Source: an uncultured Acidobacteriaceae bacterium
GTDB lineage: Bacteria > Acidobacteriota > Terriglobia > Terriglobales > Acidobacteriaceae
Assembly: GCA_964248025.1 (NCBI GenBank)
Contig: CAXTWU010000001.1
Location: forward strand, 1-56,182
Length of the DNA stretch: 56,182 nt
Direction of reading: 5' to 3'
Shown piece after piece: positions 18,619-28,267 of this stretch. The translations under genes and the position numbers were made by a program. The notes beneath the pieces were generated by a model. That model was given only the letters and a program-made list of their open reading frames with translations. It ran no database searches and had not been told where the DNA came from. Position 1 is the stretch's first letter. Every line of letters starts with the position of its first letter.

Positions 18619-19752
18619 ATGGAGGAGCTTGCCATAACTCCGGCCAATTCGGCGGAACGGTCGCGGATCCGCCGGATCCTGATCTACCGCCTGGGTTCGC
18701 TCGGCGATACGATGGTCGTTCTGCCGTCACTTCATCTGCTGGCCCGGCTTTTTCCAGGGGCGGAGCGGCGCATGCTGTCGAACCAGCCGGTGCACGGCAA
18801 AGCCGCTCCTTCCTCGGCGATCCTGGACCACTCGGGCCTGATCACCGGGTACATGAGTTACCCGGTCGGCACGCGCAACCCGCTAACGCTTGCGGGGATT
18901 GCGCTCCGGATCCGTGCTTTCCGGCCCGATCTGCTGGTCTATCTGACAAAACCGCGTGGTGAGGCCGTGCTAGAGCGCGACCGGAAATTCTTCACGATCC
19001 TTTGTGGAGTTCGTGAGATCGTGGGGCTGCCCACCGGCAAGCTCGGGACCAACTGCCAGCTTTCCCCGGAGCAGTGGGAAAGTGAGGCGGGTCGACTGGC
19101 GCGGACGCTGGCGACGCTTGGCCCTTTGGACGTCAACGACCTTCGCAACTGGGATCTCCAGCTGACCGACGAGGAGCGTATGGCGGCGGCACAGGCGCTC
19201 AGTCCGCTGGGCCGGCGACCTTTGCTCGCCTGTGGGCCCGGCACCAAGATGCAGGCCAAGGACTGGGGAACGGCGAACTGGCGCCTGCTGCTCGACAGGC
19301 TTGCGGGGGTCTTTCCCGAGCATGGACTGGTACTGGTCGGGGCGAGGGACGATTTTGCCGTCAGCGAGGAGGTTGCGCTAGGGTGGGCTGGGCGCTCGCT
19401 CAACCTGTGCGGCAAGCTGGCTCCGCGCGTGACCGCCGCCGCGCTCGCGCATACGGAGCTTTTTCTGGGGCCTGATTCCGGCCCCATGCACTTCGCGGCG
19501 GCAGCCGGTGTGCCCTGCGCCATCGCCTTTGCTTCGCGTACGGAGCCCGGCGTCTGGTATCCGGCCGGGGAAGGCCATCGGGTCGTCTATCACCGGCTTC
19601 CGTGCTCCAACTGCGACCTGGAAACCTGCATCGTCAACCAAAAACGCTGCCTGACCGGCATCACAGCCGAGGAGATGTTTGACGCCGCGCGTGAAGCCTG
19701 GCAGGCCGGGCAGCAAAGGCGGGCGCAACGGGAAGCGGCTCTGCTGGGATAA
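18619..19752 (+). CDS. glycosyltransferase family 9 (heptosyltransferase-like)
   Basis: RILIYRLGSLGD, K.W, LCGKL, GPDSGPMHFAAA and C-terminal CSNC..C...CL. Confidence 0.88.
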   Translation: MEELAITPANSAERSRIRRILIYRLGSLGDTMVVLPSLHLLARLFPGAERRMLSNQPVHGKAAPSSAILDHSGLITGYMSYPVGTRNPLTLAGIALRIRAFRPDLLVYLTKPRGEAVLERDRKFFTILCGVREIVGLPTGKLGTNCQLSPEQWESEAGRLARTLATLGPLDVNDLRNWDLQLTDEERMAAAQALSPLGRRPLLACGPGTKMQAKDWGTANWRLLLDRLAGVFPEHGLVLVGARDDFAVSEEVALGWAGRSLNLCGKLAPRVTAAALAHTELFLGPDSGPMHFAAAAGVPCAIAFASRTEPGVWYPAGEGHRVVYHRLPCSNCDLETCIVNQKRCLTGITAEEMFDAAREAWQAGQQRRAQREAALLG

Positions 19753-19789
19753 ACCGGGCAGCCGGCACAGCAAGGCGATCGGAGAAAAT

Positions 19790-20770
19790 ATGTATGTTGT
19801 TACGGGCGGCGCGGGCTTTATCGGCAGCAATCTGGTGCATGAACTGAACCGGGCCGGCATCGATGACATCCTGGTTGTCGACAATCTCGCCGATGCGCGC
19901 AAATCGCTCAACCTCCACGGCGCAAGATTCGTCGATTACATGGACAAGCACGAATTTCGGCGCGCGCTGGCGGCCCGGTCGCTCGGCCTTCCCAGGGTGG
20001 AAGCGGTTCTGCACCAGGGTGCCTGCTCCAACACGCTGGTGGACGACGGCGTGTACATGATGGACAACAACTTCACCTACTCGAAAGAGGTGCTGGGGTA
20101 CGCCATGGAGATGGACGCGCCACTTGTTTATGCCTCAACCGCCGCGGTGTACGGGCTGAGCGGTCCGGGTAGATTCTCGCCCACGCGGGAGAATGAGAAA
20201 CCGCTCAACGTGTACGGCTTTTCCAAGCTTGTGTTTGATCATTACGTGCGCGAACTGTTCCAGCGCGGCGCGGTACCGACCACTGTGGTCGGCCTTCGCT
20301 ACTTCAACGTGTACGGCCCGCGCGAACAGCACAAGGGGCGCATGGCCTCTGTCATTCACCACTTCACCAAGCAGATGCTGGAGCTCGGCAAGGTCCGGCT
20401 TTTCGCCGGGTCCGGCGGCTACGCGGACGGCGAGCAGCGTCGCGACTTTGTGTACGTGCGCGACCTGTGCCGGCTCAACCTGTTTTTTGCCGGCATCGGG
20501 GTGCCTGTGACCGAGCGCAAAAAGTATCACGCGATCGTCAACGCCGGCTCCGGCGCGTCGCGAACGTTCAACGAGGTCGCCCGCGCGTTGATGACCGTGC
20601 ACGGCGAAACGCCGATCGAGTACATTCCATTTCCGCAGGATCTCGATGCGCGCTACCAGCACTTCACCGAAGCCGACCTCCATGCGCTGCGAGAGACCGG
20701 CTGTGGCTTTCAGTTCACCCAGCTAGAAGACGGAGTGCGAGAGACGTTTGCTGCCTTGTCGACGATGTGA
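19790..20770 (+). CDS. hldD: ADP-L-glycero-D-manno-heptose 6-epimerase
   Basis: VVTGGAGFIGSNLV, HQGACS, PLNVYGFSK, RYFNVYGPREQHKGRMAS and YQHFTEAD. Confidence 0.93.
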   Translation: MYVVTGGAGFIGSNLVHELNRAGIDDILVVDNLADARKSLNLHGARFVDYMDKHEFRRALAARSLGLPRVEAVLHQGACSNTLVDDGVYMMDNNFTYSKEVLGYAMEMDAPLVYASTAAVYGLSGPGRFSPTRENEKPLNVYGFSKLVFDHYVRELFQRGAVPTTVVGLRYFNVYGPREQHKGRMASVIHHFTKQMLELGKVRLFAGSGGYADGEQRRDFVYVRDLCRLNLFFAGIGVPVTERKKYHAIVNAGSGASRTFNEVARALMTVHGETPIEYIPFPQDLDARYQHFTEADLHALRETGCGFQFTQLEDGVRETFAALSTM

Positions 20771-20897
20771 ATCAGGCGGATGGGAGGCAGAGACATCCGT
20801 GCTCTGCTTGCGGCCAGAGGTTGGCACGGGGCAAGCTGAACAGCTGTGCCCTATCCCGGCATAGCCTATGAACCTCAAGACTACGGCTTCACCCGAG

Positions 20898-21494
20898 TTA
20901 GTGACCCGGTTCGCACGCCGGTTTAGATGCCGTGATAAGTCGGGCTATCTCGAGCAACGACCCGGATACCGCGCCCCCAAGTGAAGTGGCCTTCTCAGCC
21001 CCGGCTTTTTGTGTGGCGCGGTCGCCCTCGATAAACACGGTCCGCATGCCCAGTTGCACCCCAACCTCGATGTCGGACAGGGAATCGCCGATCATTACGC
21101 TGGTCTCCCAGCAAATCTCCGGGTGCAGGGCGCGGGCCTGCTCGAACAAGCCTGGCTCGGGTTTGCGACACTCGCACACGCCTTTGTCGTGGGGGCAGTA
21201 GAAAAAGCCGTCGATGTGCGCGCCGTGCGCGGCCAGTTCCTGGTTGAGGCGGGTATGGAGCCGCTCCACGTCGGCGGTCGTGTACAGCCCCAACGCCACG
21301 CCACGCTGGTTGGTCGCGACATACACTTTCAGCCCCGCCTGATTGAGCAGGCGCACTGCTTCTTCCACGCCTGGCAGGGGGTGAAACAGGTCCCAGCGCG
21401 AAACATACTCTCCTTCCGGAGCTTTCCGGTTGAGGACGCCGTCGCGGTCCAGAAACACGGTCCGTATACCGTTGTAAGTTTGCGGGGCTTTCAC
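20898..21494 (-). CDS. gmhB: D,D-heptose 1,7-bisphosphate phosphatase (HAD); start GTG 21494 or ATG 21506
   Basis: FLDRDGVLN, ATNQ, CPH...CECRKP and MIGDSLSD. Confidence 0.9.
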   Translation of the reverse strand: MKAPQTYNGIRTVFLDRDGVLNRKAPEGEYVSRWDLFHPLPGVEEAVRLLNQAGLKVYVATNQRGVALGLYTTADVERLHTRLNQELAAHGAHIDGFFYCPHDKGVCECRKPEPGLFEQARALHPEICWETSVMIGDSLSDIEVGVQLGMRTVFIEGDRATQKAGAEKATSLGGAVSGSLLEIARLITASKPACEPGH

Positions 21495-21561
21495 ACGGGG
21501 TATCATAGCGGAAGATTGATCCCTCGATGGGGCGGCAGGTGTGCGCCGGGAGCGGCAAGCA

Positions 21562-22170
21562 ATGACCACGACAGAGTTGACGGGCGAAGCAGTCTTTGCG
21601 GGCGCGTTCAAGGAACACCTGCGGGTGATCGAAGAGCTGCAGCAGCAGCAGCCCACGCTGGAAGCACTGGCCCGCAAGATGACGGAAGCCATGATGGACG
21701 GCAAGAAAGTGCTGTGGTGTGGCAACGGCGGCTCGGCTGCCGACGCGCAGCACTTGGCGGCCGAATTTGTTGGCCGGTTCCGGCGCGAGCGCAAACCATT
21801 GGCCTCGGTCGCGCTGACCACCGACACTTCCGTGCTGACCTCGATCGGCAACGACTACGGCTACGACCACGTATTCAGCCGACAGGTGCTGGCGCTGGCC
21901 GAGCCGGGCGACATCGTTGTAGGCATTTCAACCTCCGGAAACAGCGCCAACATCGTCGAGGCGCTTGAGGCGGCGAAGGAGTGCGGCGCATACACGGTCG
22001 CGATGACGGGCGAAGGCGGCGGCAAAATGGCCGGCCTGGCCGAAAGCAGCGTTTGCGTTCCGACCAAGGATACGGCGCGGGTGCAGGAAGCACACATCCT
22101 GTGCGGGCATATGCTTTGCGACTGGGTGGAGCTGGCATGGTGTCAGATGGCCGGAAAGAAGGCCGAGTAA
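21562..22170 (+). CDS. gmhA: D-sedoheptulose 7-phosphate isomerase
   Basis: CGNGGSAADAQH, IGNDYG, ISTSGNS and RVQEAH. Confidence 0.95.
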   Translation: MTTTELTGEAVFAGAFKEHLRVIEELQQQQPTLEALARKMTEAMMDGKKVLWCGNGGSAADAQHLAAEFVGRFRRERKPLASVALTTDTSVLTSIGNDYGYDHVFSRQVLALAEPGDIVVGISTSGNSANIVEALEAAKECGAYTVAMTGEGGGKMAGLAESSVCVPTKDTARVQEAHILCGHMLCDWVELAWCQMAGKKAE

Positions 22171-22177
22171 GCCGCCC

Positions 22178-23659
22178 ATGATTCCTTTTGACGACCTGCA
22201 CGGCATCGTGTCAAGGATAGAAGGTGACTGGCGGCAGACGCGGGTCCTGGTCGTCGGTGACGTGATGCTGGACCGCTATATCTGGGGTGACGTCGACCGC
22301 ATCTCCCCGGAAGCGCCGGTGCCGGTGGTACGGATGGCACACCGGAGTGACCAGCCTGGCGGCGCGGCCAACGTCGCGATGAACATTGCCGGGCTGGGAG
22401 CACAGGTGACGCTGGCCGGGTTCGCCGGGCAGGATGAGGACCGGCAGACGCTGGAAGACTGCCTCCAAAAAGCAGGAGTCAGCTCGCAGCTTACGACGGT
22501 GCCGACGCACCCGACCACCTCCAAGCTGCGCATCCTGGGCGGCCAGCAGCAGATTCTGCGGCTGGATGTGGAACGAACTGCAGGTTACCCGGCAGAGAGC
22601 CACGACGCGTTGTTGGCCGGCATCCTCGCCGCCCTGCCTTCCGTAAGGGCCGTGGTCCTGTCGGACTATGCGAAGGGTGTGTTGTCAGAAAAGGTCTGCA
22701 GGGCCGTGATCGATGCGGCCCGCGCGCAGGCGATCCCGGTGCTGGTCGACCCGAAGCACCGCGATTTCGGGCGCTACCGCGGCGCGACCACCATCTGCCC
22801 CAACCTGCAGGAGCTTTCGGTTGCGACCGGCCTGCCTCCGAAGGAAACAGCGCCGCTCCTGGCAGCCGCAGCCGCCATGCTGCCCGGCCTCGAACTGGAC
22901 TACCTGAGCGTGACGCTGAGTGAAAAGGGGATCGCGGTGGTGCGGCCGGATGGAACGCAAACCTATCCGGCGGTCGCGCGGCAGGTCTTCGACGTTTCTG
23001 GCGCGGGAGATACCGTGATTGCGACACTTGCGCTTTCGCTCGCCAGCGGCTTGCCGATCGAGGCAGCCGTGCCGCTCGCGAATATTGCAGCCGGCGTAGT
23101 CGTCAGCAAGATCGGTACCGTGCCGGTTACGCGCGATGAGCTCATTACCAGCCTCCTGCCGGAGATTGAGCTGCAAGCGTCTGAAAAGCTGCTTGAACTG
23201 CCTCGTCTCCAAACACGCGTTCATGCCTGGCGTTCGCGCGGCGAGCGGGTGGTATTTACCAATGGCTGCTTTGACCTGCTGCACGTAGGCCACATTACGC
23301 TGATGGAAGACGCGCGCCGGCAGGGCGACCGTTTGATTGTTGCCATCAACAGCGATGCTTCAGTGAGCGGGCTCAAAGGGCCGACCCGCCCTGTTGTGTC
23401 CGAACGCGACCGGGGCCGGGTACTGGCGGCGTTGGCGGCCGTGGACGCCGTGATCGTCTTTGGCGAGCCCACCCCGCTTGAGCTGATCAAGGCGCTGCGA
23501 CCCGATGTGATCGTGAAGGGCGGCGACTACGTCGAGGACACCGTGGTAGGCGCGAAGGAAGTCCGGAGCTGGGGTGGCGTGGTCAAGATCGTGCCGACGG
23601 TGGAGGGTTTCTCGACGACCAAGCTGATCGCACGCGCTGCCACCCCGGCCCTTGCCTAA
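22178..23659 (+). CDS. hldE: bifunctional heptose 7-phosphate kinase / heptose 1-phosphate adenylyltransferase
   Basis: GDVMLDRY, RISPEAPVPV, SDYAKG, DVSGAGDT, FTNGCFDLLHVGH and VKGGDY. Confidence 0.95.
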   Translation: MIPFDDLHGIVSRIEGDWRQTRVLVVGDVMLDRYIWGDVDRISPEAPVPVVRMAHRSDQPGGAANVAMNIAGLGAQVTLAGFAGQDEDRQTLEDCLQKAGVSSQLTTVPTHPTTSKLRILGGQQQILRLDVERTAGYPAESHDALLAGILAALPSVRAVVLSDYAKGVLSEKVCRAVIDAARAQAIPVLVDPKHRDFGRYRGATTICPNLQELSVATGLPPKETAPLLAAAAAMLPGLELDYLSVTLSEKGIAVVRPDGTQTYPAVARQVFDVSGAGDTVIATLALSLASGLPIEAAVPLANIAAGVVVSKIGTVPVTRDELITSLLPEIELQASEKLLELPRLQTRVHAWRSRGERVVFTNGCFDLLHVGHITLMEDARRQGDRLIVAINSDASVSGLKGPTRPVVSERDRGRVLAALAAVDAVIVFGEPTPLELIKALRPDVIVKGGDYVEDTVVGAKEVRSWGGVVKIVPTVEGFSTTKLIARAATPALA

Positions 23660-24582
23660 GCGGTCTGCTGCTGCAAGAAGTCCTCGACCTCATGAAGGTT
23701 CGGCAAAGAAGGTTGAGCCCCGGCGCGTGTGACCGACAGAGCCGCGGCCACACAGGCCCACCGCGCGGCTTGAGCGGGTGTGTCGCCGCGAACAAGCGCG
23801 ACCGCGAAGGCGCCGTTGAAACAGTCACCCGCCGCCGTTGTGTCCACAGCCTGCACTGCAGGTGCCGGAATGGATGCAAACGGAATGTTGGACCCGGCGA
23901 GGAACACCCCTGCCGATCCGCTCTTTAAAAGCACATTCCGGCAGCCCAGATCGAGCAGACGCGCGCAAATTTCAGCATCCGGCGCGGATTCAGCCGAATG
24001 GCCAAGCAGCGTGGCTGCTTCAGTCCGGTTGGGTGTGAGCCAACTCACACGACGGAGCAGGTTCCCAGGTAAGCGGCAGGCCGGGGCCGGGTCCAGCAAA
24101 AGCGGCACGCAGCCTTCCTCGCAGATCAGCGCGGCTTGTTCAACCGCCGCAAGCGGCACCTCGAGCTGCGCCAGCACCATCGAAGCCGTGCCGATGAGCG
24201 TTGCCGCCGCGATCACATCCTGGGCAGACAGCTCACGATTGGCTCCACCGATCACGACGATGGTGTTCTCGCCGCCTTCGCCTGTCGTGATCAGTGCCGT
24301 TCCGCTGCTGCCATCCGTGGTGTGTACCGCCGCTTCGTCCACGCCCTCTTTCCGCAACGCCTCGCGAAGTCTCAAGCCGAGCGGGTCATTGCCCAAACGG
24401 CCCACCATGCTGACCCGTGCTCCAAGCCGCGCGGCCGCCACGGCCTGGTTGCCCCCTTTGCCGCCGGCAAACTGTTGCAAGCTGGTGCCGTGAATCGTTT
24501 CGCCGGCCAAGGGCAGACGTGCCGCTTGGACCACCAGGTCAAGGTTGAGGCTGCCGACCACCACGATTCGCGGGAAGCTCAT
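23656..24582 (-). CDS. rbsK: ribokinase (PfkB family)
   Basis: VVGSLNLD, GGKGGNQAVAAARLG, TPNRTEA, DTTAAGDCF and GAQPSLP. Confidence 0.88.
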   Translation of the reverse strand: MSFPRIVVVGSLNLDLVVQAARLPLAGETIHGTSLQQFAGGKGGNQAVAAARLGARVSMVGRLGNDPLGLRLREALRKEGVDEAAVHTTDGSSGTALITTGEGGENTIVVIGGANRELSAQDVIAAATLIGTASMVLAQLEVPLAAVEQAALICEEGCVPLLLDPAPACRLPGNLLRRVSWLTPNRTEAATLLGHSAESAPDAEICARLLDLGCRNVLLKSGSAGVFLAGSNIPFASIPAPAVQAVDTTAAGDCFNGAFAVALVRGDTPAQAARWACVAAALSVTRAGAQPSLPNLHEVEDFLQQQTA

Positions 24583-25097
24583 CTGTTTGCAACCGGGAGT
24601 GTCTTGCGAAGAAAGATCGTGGCCTGAAGGTTGTCGTTATACCGTTCGCAGGGCTGATAACCACACCGAAGGTAAAGTGCAATGGCGGCTTCGAGATCGT
24701 CCTTGCTGTCCAGATAGATCGTCCGCAGTCCTGCTACCTGAGCGTGCGTTTCCAACGCATCCAGCAGGGCCGAAGCCACCCCGCGCTGTCGAAAGGCCGC
24801 GCGTACATACAGCCGCTTGCACTCCCCGGCTGCGTCGAACCGCGCGAGAGGCCGCAGGGCGACACAGCCGACCGGAGCGCTGCCCACATAGGCAATCCAC
24901 AAACCGCTGCCGGTGGTTCCGGCCCCGAGCAGAGCCCGCAAAGCGTCCGGAGTGTCGCGCTGCACCACGCCAACCAGGTCGCAATATTCTTCGATCAGCG
25001 TGCGGGCAACGGCTTCGTCGAGGGCTGTTGCCCGCAGAATACGCCGCGCCGACCGGTGCTGGTTCTCCCTTTTGATCGCCTGCGTCGTATGCCCCAT
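24579..25097 (-). CDS. GNAT-family N-acetyltransferase
   Basis: VGCVAL, ECKRLYV...RQRGVA and AIALY...GY; 4-nt overlap with rbsK. Confidence 0.85.
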   Translation of the reverse strand: MGHTTQAIKRENQHRSARRILRATALDEAVARTLIEEYCDLVGVVQRDTPDALRALLGAGTTGSGLWIAYVGSAPVGCVALRPLARFDAAGECKRLYVRAAFRQRGVASALLDALETHAQVAGLRTIYLDSKDDLEAAIALYLRCGYQPCERYNDNLQATIFLRKTLPVANR

Positions 25098-25135
25098 GGT
25101 CGCCTGTTGTGTCGGTAAAAGGGGGAGCGCTGCAC

Positions 25136-26077
25136 CTACTGGGCCGATGCACCCTCCGGCGCCACAGCCACCCGGTCGGCCGCGCGCAGCTTCACGGCTC
25201 CATTGTCGGTCTTCAGCCTGAGATCAGCAAATGAGGCCTTCTTTTCGGCTTTGACCGGCACGGCCAACTCGTACTGGTTTTCCAGCCGGCGGGTCACGTC
25301 CGACAGGAACGGCGTGAACGATACCGGGTTGCTCAGGCCCTCGTAGTACAGGTTGCCGCCAGTGGCATCGGCCACCTGCGTCAGGTAGTTCTGCCCGGCG
25401 TTGGTTTCGTAGTAGCTGCTGCTCAGGCGGCCTTGATCACGGTAGTAGATGGGGTAGACGACCAGCCCGGCCCGGTTCGCAGCATTCAGCGCGGCCTGGA
25501 TATACGGGTTTTCCGGGTCATAACGCACCGCGTAGGGGTCGACGCCGTCGGTGATCATGATGACCTCGCGCCGGGCCGCCGATGGGGGCGCGGGCCAGCG
25601 TTTTGCCAAATCCTGCAGGCAAAAATATGGGCTGGCATTGGAGCCGGGCGATCCTGCAGGCAATCGGATGGTTTTCGCCGCCTCTGCGTGGTTGGCCGAC
25701 AGAGGTGCCGCGAAGACGGAAGCGCCGTTCTGCATGTAGGCGACCCCGACGGTGACATTCGGCGGCAGGCCCTGTACAAACTTGCCGAGATCCTCAATAT
25801 TCCGGCCGAACGAGGTTCGCAGGGAGTTATCGATCAGGAGCACCAGCTGTACCTGGCCCTGCCCATACGGTTGCCAGGCAAGTGGCTGTACCACCTTGCC
25901 GTCAACCTTGACCTGGAGCGCGCTGGCCGGCACTATCGGCGCGTTGTCGCCGGTTCTTGGCAGCACAGTCACAACAGTCTGAGCGGCCGGCTGGTCTGCT
26001 TCGGACTGCGCGAAAACTCCTGTGGCTGACAGGAGTGCAGCAAATGCGAGGGGAAGGGCTTTGGCAAAAACCTTCAT
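25136..26077 (-). CDS. exported VWA-like domain protein
   Basis: Signal peptide (..TGVFA-Q); LVLLIDNS, REVIMITDG and VADATGG resemble VWA/MIDAS elements. Confidence 0.65.
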   Translation of the reverse strand: MKVFAKALPLAFAALLSATGVFAQSEADQPAAQTVVTVLPRTGDNAPIVPASALQVKVDGKVVQPLAWQPYGQGQVQLVLLIDNSLRTSFGRNIEDLGKFVQGLPPNVTVGVAYMQNGASVFAAPLSANHAEAAKTIRLPAGSPGSNASPYFCLQDLAKRWPAPPSAARREVIMITDGVDPYAVRYDPENPYIQAALNAANRAGLVVYPIYYRDQGRLSSSYYETNAGQNYLTQVADATGGNLYYEGLSNPVSFTPFLSDVTRRLENQYELAVPVKAEKKASFADLRLKTDNGAVKLRAADRVAVAPEGASAQ

Positions 26078-26188
26078 GGAATCTTCCTTTCGTGGCTGTG
26101 TGCGGCACTGGTTCGCGGCAACAGCATCACCACGTTGTAAACACACATTCGATGCGAAAGACGCTCGCTGGTCTATGCTTTGAAGGAG

Positions 26189-27022
26189 ATGCAAAGAGTG
26201 TTGACGGCCGCGGTGCTGGTACCGCTGGTCTTGTTTGTTGTTTTTTTTAACTCGCTGCCCCTGCTCACGGTGGTCTCGGCCATGGTCGCAGGGCTCGCTG
26301 CATGGGAGTTCCTAGGCCTAGCGGCTCGTCACGGAGCACCCGGAGTCTCCGGCGCTCCGCGGATTGCGGTTCTTCTCGGCATTGCCCTTTTGTTTGCCTG
26401 CACATTGTTCCGTCCGGAGTATGTGGCCCCCCTGTTGGGTGCGCTTGCCTTTCTTCTGCTCGGCTTGTGCGCCTTCCGGCTGCCATTCGCGCAGGTACTG
26501 CCGGCAACGTCGGCTGCCGTATTTGCGCTGCTTTACACGGGCTGGTCGCTCACGACCATCCCGCTGCTTTCGGCGCAGGGCAATGGTCCTTCGCTGCTCC
26601 TGTTTCTTTTTCTGTCGGTTTGGTCGGGCGACGTGGCTGCCTTGTACGTCGGGCGCAACTTCGGCAAACACCGGCTCACCCGCCTCAGCCCCAACAAAAC
26701 CTGGGAAGGCGCGATGGCTTCAGTGGCCGGCACCGTTCTGGTCGCTGCAGTGCTATTGCTGGTCGCGACAGAAAGCGCTCGCCACGGCTATGAAGGCCTG
26801 AGCTACCCGGGTTCCATCGTCCGCATGCTCCTGCTGTCTGTCCTGCTGAATGTGGCCGCTCAACTGGGCGACCTCCTGGAGTCCGCGCTCAAGCGAGGGG
26901 CAGGCGTCAAGGATTCTGGCACGCTGCTGCCTGGCCACGGCGGCGTGCTGGATCGTATCGATGCGCTGCTTCTGGCGGCCCCGGTGCTGTGGTACGCTCT
27001 TCTAGCGCAGCAGGCCTTGTGA
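26189..27022 (+). CDS. cdsA: phosphatidate cytidylyltransferase
   Basis: SPNKTWEG, GDLLESALKRGAGVKDSG and PGHGGVLDRID. Confidence 0.95.
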   Translation: MQRVLTAAVLVPLVLFVVFFNSLPLLTVVSAMVAGLAAWEFLGLAARHGAPGVSGAPRIAVLLGIALLFACTLFRPEYVAPLLGALAFLLLGLCAFRLPFAQVLPATSAAVFALLYTGWSLTTIPLLSAQGNGPSLLLFLFLSVWSGDVAALYVGRNFGKHRLTRLSPNKTWEGAMASVAGTVLVAAVLLLVATESARHGYEGLSYPGSIVRMLLLSVLLNVAAQLGDLLESALKRGAGVKDSGTLLPGHGGVLDRIDALLLAAPVLWYALLAQQAL

Positions 27023-27052
27023 TGCCGCTGTCGTTTGTCTAAAGGCTTTGTT

Positions 27053-28210
27053 TTGAAACAGATCTGCATCCTGGGCTCGACCGGTTCGATTGGGGAAAGC
27101 ACCCTTTCCATCCTTGAGCAGTACCCGCAGCGTTTTTGCGTGGCATCCCTGGCCGCTGGCCGCAATCTCGACTCCGCTTTGCGCCAGTGCCTCCGGTGGC
27201 GGCCCCGGGTCGTCTCGCTCGCCACGGAAGAGCTGGCAGGGGAGCTCCGGCACAGGCTTCGCCTCGAGGGTGTGAGGGAGACCGAGGTCGTCCACGGTAC
27301 CGCCGGCACCGTTCTGGCAGCGACGCTGCCGGAGGTGGATTTCGTGGTCTCCGCCATCGTGGGTCTCGCAGGCCTCGAGGCCACCTATGCCGCCGTGCGG
27401 GCCGGCAAAGCGGTGGGCCTGGCCAACAAGGAGGCCATGGTAGCGGCCGGCGACCTGCTGAACGCGGCGGCCCGCGAACGCAATGTTGCCCTGTTGCCGA
27501 TTGACTCCGAGCACAACGCCGTGCACCAGTGCATGCGGGCCGGGCGCCTGGGCGAGGTCCGCACGGTCTGGCTTACAGCCTCGGGTGGCCCCTTTCGTAC
27601 GCTGCCACTCGACCAGTTCCGGTCCATCACGGTCGAGCAGGCATTGAAGCACCCTACCTGGGTGATGGGCCGGCGCATCACGATCGACTCGGCCACCATG
27701 CTGAACAAGGGACTGGAGATCATCGAGGCCTGCCGCCTGTTTGATCTCCCGCCTTCGCAGGTGCGGGTCACCGTGCATCCGCAGTCCACCGTGCACTCGC
27801 TCGTTGAGTACATCGACGGCTCGATCCTGGCGCAGATCTCCGTGACCGACATGCGCCTGCCTATCCTGTATGCCATGACCTACCCGGACCGGATCGAGTC
27901 GGACCTGCGTTTCAACATGAGCGCGCTGGCCGACCTCCACTTCGAGCAGCCCGATTTCGCACGTTTCCCCTGCCTGCGCCTGGCCTACGAAGCCGCCAAG
28001 GCAGGAGGCGCGCATCCGATCGCGCTGAACGCGGCCGACGAGGTTGCGGTGGAAGCCTTTCTCGCCGGGCGCATCGGGTTTATGGCCATCGCAGGTACAA
28101 TCGAAGAAGTGCTGGCTGCGACCCCATCCGTGATCCCCGGTTCCCTTGCCGAGGTGCTGGAGCTGGACGCGCAGGCGCGTATGCGGGCCCTGGAGATCCT
28201 GGCTCGCTGA
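27053..28210 (+). CDS. dxr: 1-deoxy-D-xylulose 5-phosphate reductoisomerase
   Basis: ILGSTGSIG, LANKE, PIDSEH, TASGGPF, HPTWVMG, DSATMLNKGLE and NAADE. Confidence 0.97.
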   Translation: MKQICILGSTGSIGESTLSILEQYPQRFCVASLAAGRNLDSALRQCLRWRPRVVSLATEELAGELRHRLRLEGVRETEVVHGTAGTVLAATLPEVDFVVSAIVGLAGLEATYAAVRAGKAVGLANKEAMVAAGDLLNAAARERNVALLPIDSEHNAVHQCMRAGRLGEVRTVWLTASGGPFRTLPLDQFRSITVEQALKHPTWVMGRRITIDSATMLNKGLEIIEACRLFDLPPSQVRVTVHPQSTVHSLVEYIDGSILAQISVTDMRLPILYAMTYPDRIESDLRFNMSALADLHFEQPDFARFPCLRLAYEAAKAGGAHPIALNAADEVAVEAFLAGRIGFMAIAGTIEEVLAATPSVIPGSLAEVLELDAQARMRALEILAR

Positions 28211-28267
28211 CCCAACTCAGCGCCGTCCCGCGGGACGGCCAGGTAGCCCGGAGCCAGACCACCGCCC

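Noticed and set aside
20822-20836. Sigma-54-like TGGCACG...GC (GG-N10-GC) motif
   Set aside because: It points antisense into gmhB and lacks TTGC. The TGGCACG copies near 9644 and 9800 lack the -12 GC.
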